This document shows, piece by piece, positions 62,729 through 64,000 of a stretch of DNA of 64,000 bases. Below the pieces are notes generated by a model. It searched no databases. It was given only the letters and a program-made list of their open reading frames with translations, and had not been told where the DNA came from. The stretch comes from Synechococcus sp. GTDB lineage: Bacteria > Cyanobacteriota > Cyanobacteriia > PCC-6307 > Cyanobiaceae. The DNA lies in NCBI GenBank assembly GCA_047284725.1, contig JBJBEO010000001.1:2040203-2104202 (forward strand). Reading direction: 5' to 3'. Both the position numbers and the translations under genes were made by a program. The number at the start of each line of letters is the position of its first letter. Position 1 is the first letter of the stretch.

Positions 62729-63807
62729 TGGAGCCTAGATGCTCTCTTTATGCTAGTAACGATTGACGCAAAAGACAAGGACAAGCAGGGAGCTTGCTCG
62801 TCTCTTCATATCCTTAGGAGACTAACAGCGCAGCGCTCATCGATTGATTGCATTGCGTACCGATCAAGCCAACCGACCTACCCTCCGGGCTGTATTTTCT
62901 TCAGCAACCTTGATTCAAGGGGGAAAAGGCATCAAGCAAAGGACAATCCTGATCGATTAATTCATCTTCCGAAAAGAATGATGCAATAACTGTTGTGTAT
63001 AAGAGAAAAAATATGTGCGATTCTTCGATCCATTCTGGGTCCACTCCTCGATCAATAGAGCCACCGGACATGGTCTTTCCATACCCAATAAGTGCCTAGA
63101 AACCGATCGCGGTCCAAGGATCATGCTGAAGACAAAAACTCTCATGCTGCCATCCACTAAATCCTAGAACTACCCGGCAATCACAACATTGATGTGCCAA
63201 GAGCATGAAGAAATCCAGTCACAATCGGATGATCTACCTCACAAGAGCCGCAACACAATGAGGCGAAGAACTCCTCATTGCGCACCATCGACTGACGTCA
63301 ACCAGCCATTGGAAGCTGGAAGGAAATCGCAGGAGTGGGCATGGCATTCTGCCTAAAACAGGCAGAACATTTCCGTCTCTTCAATCATTTGCCCGTCAAA
63401 AACTCTCATGGTTTGACCCACACTTTTCAGATGACCGACACATATAAAAATCGAAGGACAGTTTCCAGTGGGCTTTTCCAAAAGCCAATGCCAGCAATGA
63501 ATAAGCTTCTTTTCCAGGGTGCCCGCACTATCCAACCACTGCCAATCAATGAAGACATAGCACCATGATCCCTGCCTGGCGAGCATCCAAGTGATCCACA
63601 GGATCAATCACCATTGTGGCGACATCAACAGGACAAAGCATTCGCTTCAGCGATGCACGCCATGGCTGAAAACCAAAACCCATCCCCCTGTTTGGGCACT
63701 GGGCCAGTCCCCTTGTCGCTGGTGCCAGGCAATCTTTCAAGCGATCACGTGCCCACAAACGGGGCACTGCAACGCAGCAGCAACAGAGAATCTTGATGGA
63801 GATTGAG

Positions 63808-63881
63808 TCGGGATGACAGGATTCGAACCTGCGGCCCCTTCGTCCCGAACGAAGTGCGCTACCAAGCTGCGCTACATCCCG
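63808..63881 (-). tRNA. tRNA-Pro(CGG)
   Basis: Reverse complement CGGGATGTAGCGCAGCTTGGTAGCGCACTTCGTTCGGGACGAAGGGGCCGCAGGTTCGAATCCTGTCATCCCGA. Confidence 0.97.
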
Positions 63882-63899
63882 ATCGGTAGACTTTAATCG

Positions 63900-64000
63900 A
63901 TGACGTCCCTGCAAAAACCTGACTGGCTGCGTGTTAAGGCGCCGCAAAGGGAGCGCATCGGCGCCGTGGCCGACATGCTCGTCGACCTCAAGCTGAACAC
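63900..64000 (+). CDS. lipA: Lipoyl synthase, N-terminus (truncated by window end)
   Basis: Read directly: [41 protein letters not shown] is the LipA N-terminal motif. Confidence 0.85.
   Translation, partial: MTSLQKPDWLRVKAPQRERIGAVADMLVDLKLN

Larger units (their letters stand above)
58753..63807. mobile_element. AT-rich genomic island between cobJ and the tRNA-Pro 3' end (no integrase seen)
   Basis: Abrupt composition drop (spot counts: 22/60 G+C at 59521-59580 versus 36/60 at 57601-57660); abuts the tRNA 3' end. Confidence 0.7.

Noticed and set aside
62994..63006. TGTGTATAAGAGA, 13 nt identical to the core of the Tn5 mosaic end/Nextera adapter
   Set aside because: Both flanks mismatch the 19-nt element and the region is AT-rich, so chance is likely; a read check would exclude an adapter artefact.
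63335..63607. Short overlapping ORFs (77 aa plus strand, 84 aa minus strand) in the island
   Set aside because: No motifs or clear ribosome-binding sites; cannot choose between strands.

Overview
A high-GC picocyanobacterial window (marine/euryhaline Synechococcus type, inferred from gene content, gene order and the PsaL/PsaI forms) that is mostly core genome. In order: gshA (3' end)-ppc, recF, speD, larE, cobO, moeB, recA, ldpA, ndhN, the large ribosomal superoperon (rplC to rplO, secY, adk, rpmJ, rpsM, rpsK, rpoA, rplQ, truA, rplM, rpsI, rpmE, prfA), alr, psaI-psaL, psaB-psaA, cobJ and the start of lipA. There are four tRNAs: Arg-CCG, Gln-TTG, Ser-GCT and Pro-CGG. Accessory-looking insertions are a glutamate decarboxylase, a small ribbon-helix-helix-like ORF plus a structured RNA candidate after tRNA-Ser, and an orphan RND transporter plus bicupin between psaL and psaB. 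The standout is an AT-rich island of about 5 kb between cobJ and the 3' end of tRNA-Pro. It carries a tightly packed three-gene operon: (1) a membrane sensor fusing an extracytoplasmic c-type heme (CxxCH, DUF3365/Tll0287-like) domain to a cytoplasmic LOV blue-light domain with no output domain, (2) a membrane diguanylate cyclase (GGEEF), and (3) a degenerate-GGDEF/EAL phosphodiesterase. This is a candidate light plus redox/ligand-gated c-di-GMP module. All family calls come from motif recognition by eye; no searches were run.
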